64,000 nt of DNA from Acidobacteriota bacterium (GTDB taxonomy: Bacteria; Acidobacteriota; UBA6911), in NCBI GenBank assembly GCA_963664705.1, contig OY761556.1, positions 2,976,001-3,040,000 on the forward strand, read 5' to 3'. Positions 19,442 through 30,296 of the stretch are shown here, one piece after another. Both the position numbers and the translations under genes were made by a program. Every line of letters starts with the position of its first letter. Position 1 is the first letter of the stretch. Below the pieces are notes generated by a model. It did not search any database and was not told where the DNA came from. It saw nothing but the letters and a program-made list of their open reading frames with translations.

Positions 19442-21049
19442 CTAGGCTTCCATGGATTTTGAAGCTTTTTTGCTCTCGACTTCGCCAATAGCGTTCTTTG
19501 GGATCGTACTGATGACAAAGAATGCAAGCAGCATCGCGATGGCGCCGATCAGAAAAACGCTTCTTATCCCGCTTTGCATGGAACTGCGAATCGCCTGCAT
19601 TGTCGGCTGATAGAGCGCCTTCCCTGCCTCGCCTTTTGCTTCGAAGGCTTTCTTTAACTCATTTCGGGCCGATTCATTCAGCAATACCTTCTGATCGCTG
19701 AGAGCGGCCAGCGTCTGCTTATCCGCGATCTTCTCCAAACCTTTGGGAAGCGATTCCGCCAAAGCGTTTTCATACCCTGAAGTCATTGCTGATCCGAGCA
19801 GGGCTGGGGCGATTGCGAGCCCCATCGAAAAAGCGAAGAAGAAAGCACCCATCGCCACCCCTAGCAGTCTTTTGGGAACCGCATTCTGAACTACGAGCGT
19901 ATTGATCGTTGGAACCGCGCCCATCCCAATGCCTGCAATGGATGAAATCGCCAGGCTCCATCCGATGTGGGTTTCCGCCGACAGGAATAGTATGGCAAAC
20001 AGGTCAGCCGTCAGCAGGCCAAAGCCGACAACATACATCCATTTGAACCGTTTGGATCTGGAAAGTAGGAAACCAACCGGCACGCCGATAAAAGACATCA
20101 GAAAGCTGCACGGAATGACCACATAGGAACTGTGTAATGTTGAAACGCCCTGGACTCCCTGCAGAAACATCGGGAAATACATACTCAATCCTGTTTGCCC
20201 GATAAATGACAAAAGGGTTGCAATGGACACGGTCAGGAACGGCCGGTTCCGGAGCACTGCGGGATCCACGATGGGCTCCTTCACCCGACCTTCTACGCGG
20301 AGGAAGATAACCCAGAATACCAGGGAAATTCCCAGCAACGCCAGAACCTGTGGGGAGCCCCATCCACGCGTCCCGGCAAAGGAAAGGCCGACAATGGCGG
20401 TAGAGGAGGCAATCGCCACCAGAATGCATCCCAGGAAATCAATTCTGGGTTTTGCCTCGCGATTTGCAATAGAAGGAATTCCGGTTGGAATTGTCAAAAC
20501 ACAGACCGCGAGAAGAGGCAGTGCCAGCAGATAGAGATAGCGCCAACTCAGATTGTCGACAAACCATCCACCCAGGATGGGCCCGACCAGCGCACAGGTT
20601 CCAACCGGGATATTGAGCAGGCCGATCCATTTACCGCGCTTTTCCGGTGGGAACAGATCGCCTATGGCTGCGAAAACCAACGGCATCATGGCTCCGGAGC
20701 CGAATGATCCGACGACGGTTGCGGCAATCAGAAATACAAAGGTTGGAGCGCTGGCGCACATTATTGCGCTTAGCAGTGAAAAGCTCACGGCAATCAGCAA
20801 CATCTTCCGGCGTCCATATAAATCCGACAGCTTTCCATAAATGAGGGTTGCAAATGCGCCGACCAGCGCGGGAATGGAAACCGCAGCGGCATAAAGCGAC
20901 ATCCCGTTCAATTCTGCGGCCATTTTGGGACGGGCAATGGAAAGCGATTGTACGAAATAGGCCATGGTTCCGTAGACGGCAAAAATGGCTATCAACCCCA
21001 TGGTTATTTGTCTTTTGGGGAAATTATACTCAGCTGGCAAAGTCGACAT
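19442..21049 (-). CDS. MFS transporter (DHA2-like, 14 TM)
   Basis: GKLSDLYGRR motif A, GPILGGWFVDNLSWR and multiple TM helices. Confidence 0.9.
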   Translation of the reverse strand: MSTLPAEYNFPKRQITMGLIAIFAVYGTMAYFVQSLSIARPKMAAELNGMSLYAAAVSIPALVGAFATLIYGKLSDLYGRRKMLLIAVSFSLLSAIMCASAPTFVFLIAATVVGSFGSGAMMPLVFAAIGDLFPPEKRGKWIGLLNIPVGTCALVGPILGGWFVDNLSWRYLYLLALPLLAVCVLTIPTGIPSIANREAKPRIDFLGCILVAIASSTAIVGLSFAGTRGWGSPQVLALLGISLVFWVIFLRVEGRVKEPIVDPAVLRNRPFLTVSIATLLSFIGQTGLSMYFPMFLQGVQGVSTLHSSYVVIPCSFLMSFIGVPVGFLLSRSKRFKWMYVVGFGLLTADLFAILFLSAETHIGWSLAISSIAGIGMGAVPTINTLVVQNAVPKRLLGVAMGAFFFAFSMGLAIAPALLGSAMTSGYENALAESLPKGLEKIADKQTLAALSDQKVLLNESARNELKKAFEAKGEAGKALYQPTMQAIRSSMQSGIRSVFLIGAIAMLLAFFVISTIPKNAIGEVESKKASKSMEA

Positions 21050-21427
21050 TCCGGAAGATCCTCCCTGCACAGTTCAACAGTATGATCCATTCCTGGATGC
21101 ACAAGGGATCATAGCAGATGAGCTGCATCGAATAGTGCCCCCTATCAAGCCAGAATCGCCCGTCCGTTGCAACATATTTGCCAATTCCAGCCCAGGATTT
21201 CCTGTCCGTGGTATCTTTGGCAACAAGCCTGCCCTCGGCTCTTCCGATTACGTCAACCGGCTCTGAAAACCTTCTTTGTTTTATTCGGAACTTGTCTGTT
21301 CTAAAGTGTAGGACCGTACCGGTATGAATTAGCGAACATCTGTATTTTAAATGTTGAAAATCTGGCTTTTTTGAGACGTAATTCCCCTCAGGGATATCAG
21401 CACCAACCAATTACGGAGGAATCGCGC

Positions 21428-23140
21428 ATGAAATTGCGTATCGCGGTGATTACAGTTTTATGCATCGGCCTTGCCTGCGGTGTTTCAATGCAGAGCAGTC
21501 AGACCTTTGCAAAGGAAAAGAAAGCGGCCGCATCCGGCCGGCCGGTGGTCATGCCCAAAATAACGGTATACAACCCTATGGGCACGCCGCCGCCGATCGC
21601 GCTGGTACCGCAGGCTCCTCGCCTGAACACGCTGGACGGCAAAACTATCTATTTTCTAAATACCGGCTTCATTGGAACCGATCGGCTGATGGCGGAAATG
21701 ATGGATTGGTTTAAGGCCAACTATCCAAAAACCAACATCGTATACAAGGATGGCAAAAGCGGCGCCGGATTAGCCGAATTGAGCAAACCTTTGTGGACGG
21801 AGATTGAGCAAAAAGGGGACGCCGCGATTGTCGGGCTGGGGCACTGAAGCCTCTGCGCTCCAGGGGCGGTCCGCCTCTCTTTTGATATCGAATCCAAAAT
21901 GAAAAAACCCGCAGTACCTCTGATCCTGAACGATTTTGCAAAGCAGGAAAAGGAGGTTTCCCTTAACCTCGGGATGCCCAACCTTCGCATTCAGTATTTC
22001 CGCGGCCCGGTTTGGGGGAAAACAAATGAGCAGCTCAGGAAGCAAATAGTAGAAGGCAACAATCCAATAACGGGAAAACCGGCAATGCCCGAACTGGTCC
22101 AACTGTTGACCAAACCGCTGACGGCCGAAGAACAAAAGACCGGAGCGGTAAAACAGGACCTGGGGCCAAAGACATACACGGGCACTCCAGACGAGCTTCA
22201 GAAGTTGTTTCTTGAAAAAAGATATACAGACTTTCTGCCCGTGGAATTGCCCACAGAACAGAAGGTGGCCGAAATGTTGAAGGCCACCAGTCACCAGCCG
22301 ACCGAGGTTCTTGGAAAAATGAATCCTGGGTCTGAAGCCGGTGAAGCCTGGTCCTACACCGTGAAGGATGCCGCTGTTAGCGCCGTCATGGCCGGCGCCA
22401 AACCGGAATATTTCCCGGTCATTCTGGCCCTGGGATCAACCGGCATCACCGCAGTCAATGTGTCCGACAATGGTTTCATGGCGGGCGCCGTTATCAACGG
22501 CAAGATTCGCGATGAAATCAGCCTTAACTACGAAGAAGGCGCGGTCGGTCCCTATGCCCATGCCAACACGACGATTGGCAGAGCCTGGAGCCTTTTGTCC
22601 ATCAACGGCGGGAACTGCGGCAAAGTCGGAACGACCTATATGGGAACAATCGGAAATCCCATGAACCTGATCGGGATTATCATGGCCGAAAATGAAGGGA
22701 AATCCCCCTTCAAACCGCTGTCCGTGAGACGAGGCTTCAAAGAAGGGGAGAACGTGGTCACGCTGTTCATGGGATGGGGCATACTCTCCGCCAAGAACTG
22801 GGCTGCGACCATTTGGGGCCCCAACATGAATTATCCAGAGATCATCAAGGAAATCTATAACACGCAGGACGGTCACCTGTTTGGAACCTGCGCGGTCCTG
22901 AGCCCGCCGATTGCGAATTTCGTCAAAGATGGCGGATATGACTCCGTGGAAAAATTCACGGAATGGGTGACCGGACAGGCTGCCGGCGCCAAGCTGGACA
23001 ACCGTATGACGATCAACAGCGGTGTCCGCAAGTCCGGTGGAGTATTCACGGTCGTCGTCACCGGAGGATCCAACAACAACTACTTCAGCATGGGCGGAAT
23101 GGTACCTTCCCAATCCATCCAGATTGACAAGTGGCGATAG
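21428..23140 (+). CDS. UGSC-family selenoprotein (U-S-L-C variant), exported; Sec at TGA 21845-21847 (residue 140 of 570)
   Basis: ORFs 21371-21847 and 21899-23140 are in one frame with no other stop: GLGH-TGA-SLCAPGAVRLSFDIESKMKKP. GGAGGA RBS, signal peptide, downstream hairpin; homologous to 39265-40980. Confidence 0.85.
21862..21878 (+). promoter_or_regulatory. Candidate bacterial SECIS hairpin
   Basis: AGGGGCG-GTC-CGCCTCT: 7-bp stem (one G-U pair) with a G-first loop 21 nt after the UGA. Confidence 0.55.
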
Positions 23141-23154
23141 CGCTTTGAACCTAT

Positions 23155-23186
23155 AAGGGGGCATGAAGAAATCTCCATGCCCCCTT
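23155..23186. terminator. Hairpin between convergent genes
   Basis: 11-bp arms AAGGGGGCATG / CATGCCCCCTT. Confidence 0.7.
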
Positions 23187-23211
23187 GAGGTTGTGAACCA
23201 CTCCGGCTGAA

Positions 23212-24105
23212 TTACCGAATAAGGTTTTCGTCAAGCATCCCGCTATAAGCCAGCTGCGCCGGGCCGGTCATAAAAACGTGGTTGTTCTCCGCCCAGCGTA
23301 TATGCAGCGTACCGCCGCGAAGGATCACTTTTGATTCGCGATCGGCGCGCTTCGTAACGGAAGCCATGACCGCAGTCGCGCAGGCACCGGTACCGCAGGC
23401 CAGCGTTTCCCCGCATCCGCGTTCGAATACGCGCATGTGAATTCCTTCCGAATCGATAACCGCGAACTCAATATTGCACTTTTCGGGGAATGCATCGTAA
23501 CGTTCGAGATAGGCCCCGGGCCTGTCGATGTCCATCGACGCAAGCTCGGCCGCGGTGATATTGAGAAATGTTATCGCATGGGGATTCCCCATGGACACGC
23601 AGTTGAACTCAAAATTTCCATAAGGCGTCCCGATCTTTGCATCGACGACAAAACCATCACTGTTCTGGGCTAGCGTTGTCGGGATTTCCCTGGCCGGAAA
23701 GATCGGCTGGCCCATATCCACGGTGCAGCTGGCGAGCTTTCCATCCTTGCCCAGTTCGCATACGAGCGGGCGCAGTCCCGCGAGCGTATCGGCGACGAGC
23801 TTACATGTATTGTTCGACTTATCGAGCTTTAGAATACTGTTGTCGACGATGAACTTGGCGAAGCAGCGGACTCCATTCCCACACATTTGGGCAAGCGATC
23901 CATCAGAGTTTATGTAGTGCATGTAGGCATCTGCCCCGGTGCGTTTGGGCGGCCGCACCAATATGATGCCGTCAGCCCCAACCCCCATATGGCGATCGCA
24001 GATGCGAGCAACCTGCTCTGCGGTGAACTCGATTTTGTTATCCAGGTCATCGATGACGACGAAATCGTTGCCGGCCCCATGGATCTTCTTGAACGGTATC
24101 TGCAA
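23212..24105 (-). CDS. dapF: Diaminopimelate epimerase
   Basis: HGAGNDF, GVGADG, MCGNG, SMGNPH and ERGCGETLACGTG motifs. Confidence 0.96.
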   Translation of the reverse strand: MQIPFKKIHGAGNDFVVIDDLDNKIEFTAEQVARICDRHMGVGADGIILVRPPKRTGADAYMHYINSDGSLAQMCGNGVRCFAKFIVDNSILKLDKSNNTCKLVADTLAGLRPLVCELGKDGKLASCTVDMGQPIFPAREIPTTLAQNSDGFVVDAKIGTPYGNFEFNCVSMGNPHAITFLNITAAELASMDIDRPGAYLERYDAFPEKCNIEFAVIDSEGIHMRVFERGCGETLACGTGACATAVMASVTKRADRESKVILRGGTLHIRWAENNHVFMTGPAQLAYSGMLDENLIR

Positions 24106-24212
24106 AGCTCCTCCTTAATGCACGGTATTATCGCTTCGATAATACCGTATATTGAAAGCAGATGCGCTCTTTGTTTGCCAGAAACTTGTCGGCATCCGCG
24201 CAATTCCGTGGA

Positions 24213-24611
24213 TTATCTTTTGGCTTTGGACTTGTTCAGAGTTACAGCATCGCGTACGAGTGCCCTCAGCGCCTCCTCGTCAATCGCCTCCCCTTCGTGG
24301 AAGTCAATAGCGCGCCGGGTATTCCCTTCAAGGCTGGAGTTGAACAGGCCGGATGGATCCTTCAATGCCGCTCCCTTGGCAAAGGTCATTTTTACAGTGT
24401 TCTTGTAAGTTTCGCCGGTGCAGATCAGCCCATCATGCGCCCATACCGGGACTCCCCGCCACTTCCACTCTTCGACGATTTCCGGATCGGCTTGCCTCAC
24501 CAAAGCGCGCAGGCGGCTCAGCATCCTGCCGCGCCAGTCGCCCAACTCCTCGATTCTCGCGTCAATCTGCTGCGAGGGAGACTTGCTATTCTCGGACAGG
24601 CTTTTCTTCAT
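24213..24611 (-). CDS. DUF1801 (YdhG-like) protein
   Basis: DWRG, EEWKWRGVPVW, VKMTFAKGAAL and RRAIDF motifs. Confidence 0.88.
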   Translation of the reverse strand: MKKSLSENSKSPSQQIDARIEELGDWRGRMLSRLRALVRQADPEIVEEWKWRGVPVWAHDGLICTGETYKNTVKMTFAKGAALKDPSGLFNSSLEGNTRRAIDFHEGEAIDEEALRALVRDAVTLNKSKAKR

Positions 24612-24656
24612 CTTCGTATCTTCCTCGTGAATCACGTCGAGTATTCGCGCCGGTAT

Positions 24657-25570
24657 TCATTCCCCCCTATAGGCTTTCTCAAGGTCTGCAATCACAAATT
24701 TTTTCATTTTCAGAAATGCCTGGGTAACGCGCTGTCTCTGCTCTTCGCTGCCTTTGCTCATCATGTCGTTCATTGCCGCAGGGATGATCTGCCACGACAC
24801 GCCATATTTATCCTTTAGCCATCCGCACTGCTCTGCTTCCGTTACCGCCGACAGTCCATCCCAGTAATGGTCGATCTCCTCCTGCGTATCGCAATTCACC
24901 ATAAATGAAACGGCTTCGTTGAACATAAAATCGTGGGGATGGGCGCTGTCCATTGCAGCAAACCATCTTCCATCCAGCCTAAAGTCGGTGAACATCACAC
25001 TACCTTCCTGATCCGGCTCCATCCCGGACGGATAGCGGGCGATTGTGCCGCGTTTAGCATGTCGAAATATCGAAAGATAAAGATCCGTGGCTTCTTCAGC
25101 CTTGCCGCAGTTGTCCGCGACAAAAAGCAAGGAAGGAATAATGGCCGGCCGCTCGTCGCCCGCCGGACTCGTCAGAATCAGTTGCCAGGAGAGCCCGTAT
25201 TTGTCCTGTATCCATCCGTAGCGTTTGCTGAACGGGTACTCCTGGATGGGGGCATCAAAACAGTTCCCCCTTCAGCCAGCCTTCCCCATACACTGTCAAT
25301 ACGCCGCGCCGCGTCCGCATCCCGCATCGGGTCAAAATTGATCATGAAGGAAATGGAGGGATTGAATGTAAAATACGGCCCGGCGCTGATGGCCATAAAT
25401 GGCGTCTTCCAGAGTTCGAATGAAACGATATCGCAATCGCCCGAAGGCGTGCCGGTGATCGTGCTTACGTTTGTGACTCTCGAATCCGGCAGGATCGACA
25501 CATAAAACGCGGCTGCTTCCTTTGCTTCCCGGTTGAACCATAGATGCGGCACTATCCTATTCATATCCAT
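24657..25570 (-). pseudogene. Two-domain VOC/PhnB (3-dmu-9 methyltransferase-like) gene with one frameshift
   Basis: IVPHLWFN...GGTVLMP continues in another frame as QEYPFSKRYGWIQDKYGLSWQL...QCGWLKDKYGVSWQI; the shift is at the G5 run 25248-25252. Confidence 0.8.
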
Positions 25571-25670
25571 AGTGTAGCAAACCTCTCGCGCGGCTCTGTT
25601 GTCCACGCAATTTGCGAAATTGGCTAAAAAAAGAATCCCGCCACCATCACACGGCCTATTGGAGAGATGC

Positions 25671-25709
25671 AACGTCCGTGAAGTGCGACTGTTGCACTTC
25701 ACGGACGTT
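25671..25709 (-). terminator. Perfect hairpin directly after the TBDR stop
   Basis: 16-bp arms AACGTCCGTGAAGTGC / GCACTTCACGGACGTT. Confidence 0.7.
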
Positions 25710-25717
25710 CGAGTGTC

Positions 25718-28700
25718 CTAGAACTTATATTTCAACCACATGCGAATCTCGCGATGACCAAATCGTGTGATCTCGTTGTTGTTGAAGTCCGGGTTCAGCG
25801 CATCCAGAGTCGGGATACCCCGATTGGGATGGTTGAAAGGATTGAAAAGCTCGGTGCGGAACTCGAGTTCCTGTTTCTCGACGAAGCGCATCGGCATTTT
25901 GAAACGCCGCGTAACGCCCACAGTCCAGTCGTTCCGTCCATTCGCTGTAACGGTGTTGCGTCCGACGTTGCCCACACCAGATTGAACCAGGAAGTGGAAA
26001 GTATCCGCCGGCTGCGCGGCATTGCAGGGGATGGTCACATCGTCGCAATTGAGAAAGTTTTGAATCTCGAAAAACTGTCCCGCGGGAGTCGGCACACCGA
26101 ACAGAGAGCCGTCAATCCCAATTGAGTTGAATGGTGCCGAGAGATTGCCTATGTTCGGTCGCCCATTGGCGGCATTGCCGTCGTTGTTTGTATCAATACC
26201 CCCCACAAAGATTGTCTCCGGCGCGCCAGACTGATATGAATAGGTCCCAGAAAGCTGCCAGTCCCGAGTCAACGCTTTGACCGGAGCCCAACCCGAACCC
26301 TGGCTCCTGATAGTCGGGATTTCATACAGGTACGTGATCGAAAACCGGTGTTTGCGATGAAACGCCGAGAGACCTTTATCCAGGCCGGGGTTGAGGAAGT
26401 CCTGAATTCGCGTCGATCCACCGCTTGTAGTAAAGACCTCCGATCCGTTATCCAGGGTTTTGGAGAATGTATAGGACGCCCTCAGCAACAAGCCGGCGGC
26501 CATCCGCCGCTCCGCACTGAACTGAGCCCCGTGATAGGAAGAGTGCCGTCCATTGTCCCTGGCGGTTACTGCTCCCCGCGCGGTGTTGATGCGGACCCCG
26601 TTAATGCGGTAGTTCAGTTCGTCATTGCCGAAGAGCCTCACACCGGCCGTGCCGACATAAGCGGCCGTGAACACAAAGCCGCCCGGCACTTCCCGTTGTA
26701 TATCCAGATTCCACTGATGTGTCACAGGACTGGCAATATCGCTGACGACGGAGGTGACGGCAAGCGCCGGATTGAGAGCCGAGGGTGCAATCGTGTCGAC
26801 CAGCGCACTGGCATTTGCCGTGCCTCGACCGGTGGACGGCGCAATGATAGAACCGCCAACCACATTCGGCGGCGACGCAGCCGAGTTCACAAGGATGTTG
26901 TTGAACAGGCCGTCATAGAACATGCCATACCCGCCACGGATGACGGTTTTGTCTTTGCCAAACAGCCATTGAAGCCCACTCGGCGTGTAGGCGAAGCTCA
27001 ACCTCGGAGCCCAGTTGTTTTTGTCCTGCTTCTGCAGGATCCGTGTCGGATAGGGTCCGGTGAATTGCCCCAGCTCGGGGAGAACCGTAGGATAGGCCAG
27101 TACATTCAGCGGCGTACCTGCATACTCATAGCGCACGCCCATTGTGACCGTCAGTCTCTGATACACGCGCCACTGGTCCTCGAAGTAATAGGCCTGGAGC
27201 GTTTGATCCGGCCTGGCGAGCGGGCTTCCGAACACCTTTGCCGCGCTTCCGGCCGAGCCCGTAAAGTCATCGATATAGTTTGCCAGGGCTGTGCAGGGAA
27301 CGCCGCCGCAGTCGCCGCCCGAATTGTAGGTGATGGTTCCCCTGCTGTTGAACGGCACCGCCTGTTCGGCGGTAATGTTAGCCAGGTCAAATCCCAGTTT
27401 TATCGTGTGCCTTCCCACACTGGCACTGACCATGTCCTGGATTTGCCACGTCTGGTTATTGCGCCCCTGTGGAAAACCGGAATCCACGCCAATGCCTGCA
27501 CCGGATAAAAAGCCATTCCCATTAATGGTTGCGGTCGGTCCGGCAGCCGCTGGGTTGGACGCCGTGGATGGAAGCAATCCGAATTGGAAGTTGATAAAGT
27601 TCCACGTAAACCGGGTCTCATTGACAGCCCGTGGGCCAAACTGGTGGGTCCAGCTCGACCCGAAAAATCTGGATGGGCCTCCCTGCTGAGTCCGGAAACC
27701 AGGCAACTGTCCCGGATTGGCAAAAGTGTCCGGGGCAAAGGTTTGGGCACCCTGCCAGTACCGTGCCGAAATCGTGTCCTTGTCGGTGGCAATGTAATCG
27801 CCACGGACAAGCGTTTCATACGAGTTTTGAAACTGAGAAATCCCGGAAGGCGTCACCAGGCCTGTTTGCACGGATGGCCGTCCAAATCCAAGGCTGATGC
27901 TCGACGGGCTCGAATTTGGATCGCCCCTGAGATCGCCGATTCCCGAAAGCAGTGCGGCGATTCGCGCATTCTGAGGAAGCGATTGCAGCGCCGCCACGCC
28001 GGCGGCTGTGGGAATTCGCAGAGCTTCATCGGTCGCAGTGCTTCGTGTGCGATCCCACTGTGCGGTTCCGAAGAAAAACACCTTGTTCTTCAGGATCGGC
28101 CCGCCGAAGGCAAATCCAAAAGTGTTCTCTACGGAAACCGCCTTTTTATCCAGAGTGCCGGCCGGAGGTTTGTCCGCTGCATCCATTGAATTCAAAGCTG
28201 AATTGCGAAAGAGATTCCAGGCGGACCCGTGGAATTCATTGGTCCCGCCTCGCGTAATCACATTCGTTACGGAACCTCCCCCTTTGCCGAACTCTGCACT
28301 GTAAGCATTGGTCAGCACCTTGACCTCTGAAATTGCCTCCAGGTTTTGGGGCTGGAAGGCCTGACCGGTAATGGACAGGTCGTTGTTGTCCTGACCGTCG
28401 ATAAGGAAATTGTTGGCGCGGGGCCTTGTCCCATTAACTGAAAACCCGACTCCGTTGGTGAAATCATCTCGGGATGCCGGCTGGGTCACTCCGGGAAGCG
28501 TCAGCGCCAGGGAAATTGGATTCAATCCGATGATTGGGATATCACTGACCTCTTTCTGTGTGATTTCTCCACTCAATTCTCCCGATTGCCTCTCCACCTC
28601 CTGAGTCGTACCCGCTTCAACAACCACCACCTCCGAGCGCGGACTCACCTTGAGCGTGACGTCGACCGTCACGATGGTGGCCGCATGCACCTCCAGTTTA

Positions 28701-28981
28701 TTGACCTCGACGGTAGTCAAGCCCGGAGCCGACACCTTGACTTTATATGTACCCGGTACCAGCGCATCGACATAGTAAACGCCAGAATCGTTGGTTGTGG
28801 TCTCACGCGTAAAACCCATATCCTCATTGGTCACGGAGACACCCGCACCAATAACCACCGCCCCGCTGCTATCTTTGACAGTCCCAGCTACGGATCCCCT
28901 GCTGGTTTGGGCTGTCGCAAAGCTTGCCGCCGCCATAACGGCCAGGGCAAGCAAGCCCGTAATCAGCACTTTTCTATCCAT
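25718..28981 (-). CDS. TonB-dependent receptor (Oar-like, N-terminal carboxypeptidase-regulatory-like domain)
   Basis: Signal peptide; GTVKDSSGAVV, IDGQDNND, YSAEFG, GGPILKNKVFFFG, WAPRLSFAY and FNPFNHPN motifs; C-terminal Phe. Confidence 0.93.
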   Translation of the reverse strand: MDRKVLITGLLALAVMAAASFATAQTSRGSVAGTVKDSSGAVVIGAGVSVTNEDMGFTRETTTNDSGVYYVDALVPGTYKVKVSAPGLTTVEVNKLEVHAATIVTVDVTLKVSPRSEVVVVEAGTTQEVERQSGELSGEITQKEVSDIPIIGLNPISLALTLPGVTQPASRDDFTNGVGFSVNGTRPRANNFLIDGQDNNDLSITGQAFQPQNLEAISEVKVLTNAYSAEFGKGGGSVTNVITRGGTNEFHGSAWNLFRNSALNSMDAADKPPAGTLDKKAVSVENTFGFAFGGPILKNKVFFFGTAQWDRTRSTATDEALRIPTAAGVAALQSLPQNARIAALLSGIGDLRGDPNSSPSSISLGFGRPSVQTGLVTPSGISQFQNSYETLVRGDYIATDKDTISARYWQGAQTFAPDTFANPGQLPGFRTQQGGPSRFFGSSWTHQFGPRAVNETRFTWNFINFQFGLLPSTASNPAAAGPTATINGNGFLSGAGIGVDSGFPQGRNNQTWQIQDMVSASVGRHTIKLGFDLANITAEQAVPFNSRGTITYNSGGDCGGVPCTALANYIDDFTGSAGSAAKVFGSPLARPDQTLQAYYFEDQWRVYQRLTVTMGVRYEYAGTPLNVLAYPTVLPELGQFTGPYPTRILQKQDKNNWAPRLSFAYTPSGLQWLFGKDKTVIRGGYGMFYDGLFNNILVNSAASPPNVVGGSIIAPSTGRGTANASALVDTIAPSALNPALAVTSVVSDIASPVTHQWNLDIQREVPGGFVFTAAYVGTAGVRLFGNDELNYRINGVRINTARGAVTARDNGRHSSYHGAQFSAERRMAAGLLLRASYTFSKTLDNGSEVFTTSGGSTRIQDFLNPGLDKGLSAFHRKHRFSITYLYEIPTIRSQGSGWAPVKALTRDWQLSGTYSYQSGAPETIFVGGIDTNNDGNAANGRPNIGNLSAPFNSIGIDGSLFGVPTPAGQFFEIQNFLNCDDVTIPCNAAQPADTFHFLVQSGVGNVGRNTVTANGRNDWTVGVTRRFKMPMRFVEKQELEFRTELFNPFNHPNRGIPTLDALNPDFNNNEITRFGHREIRMWLKYKF

Positions 28982-29600
28982 GTTGTTTCCTCCCGTTCCA
29001 ATCGCACGTTGACCTTCATATCCGGTGAAGGTGAAAGAAGGAATTTTCCCGTTGATTTTGAGGCCAAGGCTTATTGCTCTGGAGCCAAAGGAAGCAGGCA
29101 TCTCCTCGAGATGTGCCAGGAAGACCCTCTGCGTTCGCATGCCTCATGTGGGATCCTCCAATGGAGATATTCGAAAAGGAATACCCACCAGAGTAAGAGG
29201 GGGGACAACCTTGTTCGTAATTATATCAGATCGCTGCAAGAGTCCACGAAATTGGATTTCATTTATCGTCTATCCGGCGGGACGGATAATGCTGCATATT
29301 ATTTATCGAGGGCAAGGCACTTCGAAGTGCCTTGGCTTGCCACCGTCTTCGGCTTTATGGTTTTAAAGGGCGGCAGCACCGGTTTCCATCCAATTGGGCC
29401 AAACGCCGGTGCTCCCGGTGGGCCCGGCTTCATGCGCGGCATAAGTGGCGATATGGTTGCCGTACGGGACAGATTTTTGTTCTCTGAATCGGTGGCGTGA
29501 CGCGGAGGGGCAGATCGATTCTACGTCCTGGGGCCTGCGGGATTTTGCAAATAAAAGAAACCTCCAGGCTCCAGGACTTGAAAAGGATGCGACTTCAACC

Positions 29601-30296
29601 TTATTTTTTCTTCGGCGGAGGGCCAAAGGTTTTCAGATTCACCGGGCCACCCCAATCAAACTTCGTCAGATCAAAATCCTTGATGGTGTTCTCCCGATCC
29701 AGCGACGGGCCAAGGTAGAGCGCGTGGAACAGAACCGGCTTTCGGATAGCCCTGAAATTCAGCGGGCTGTGCATGACGCCTTTAGGAATGAAGATGATGG
29801 TTGTTGAAGTAATGGTGTGCTTCTCCATTTCCTCCCCCATCCAGAAATCGATCTCGGCATCAAAGCTCTTGCAAAGATCCGGCAGTTGAGCGCCGAGGAA
29901 AATCAGGAACTCATCGTATTTGTGCGTGTGCGGAGTCTCCCAGCAAACCGGCGCGGTAAATACCTGCCATCCTATTGTGGCAGTGGCTCCGGGCAATGCC
30001 GAAGCGCCGCGAAAGTATGTCTGCGGGCTGGCTATTTCCGGGAATGGCGGAATGCTGTTGAGGGAAACAAAATCATTCGCCTTCGGCGGCTGGTGGTTGT
30101 CGCTTAAAAAATATTTTCCATATTTTGTCCCATCCGGCGACGGTGCCGCCTCCGGAGCTGCAAATAATTCGCCTTCGCTGGGGTCTAAAGCTCCCCGCAA
30201 CGAGCTTGCGAGTGCAATGCCGCCCGCGCCGGCGGTGATATTTTTTACGAATCCTCTGCGCGTGGTACCCTTTTTCCCGGTGCCGACAAGACTCAT
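29601..30296 (-). CDS. Tat-signal cupin-fold protein
   Basis: TTRRGFVK Tat motif; PHTHKYDE and IFIPKGVMHSP cupin motifs; paralog at 53092-53787. Confidence 0.8.
   Translation of the reverse strand: MSLVGTGKKGTTRRGFVKNITAGAGGIALASSLRGALDPSEGELFAAPEAAPSPDGTKYGKYFLSDNHQPPKANDFVSLNSIPPFPEIASPQTYFRGASALPGATATIGWQVFTAPVCWETPHTHKYDEFLIFLGAQLPDLCKSFDAEIDFWMGEEMEKHTITSTTIIFIPKGVMHSPLNFRAIRKPVLFHALYLGPSLDRENTIKDFDLTKFDWGGPVNLKTFGPPPKKK

Noticed and set aside
19237-19527. N-terminal extension of the transposase ORF
   Set aside because: It translates the repeat array and overlaps the MFS gene; a good RBS precedes the ATG at 19236.
26348-27508. Long antisense ORFs (also 36908-38257 -, 51143-52072 +, 28586-29500 +)
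   Set aside because: These are shadows of well-supported opposite-strand genes in GC-rich DNA and carry no motifs.
28982-29600. Cobalamin riboswitch or a real CDS upstream of TBDR1
   Set aside because: No B12-box is seen, and the short ORFs there have no recognisable motifs or RBS.
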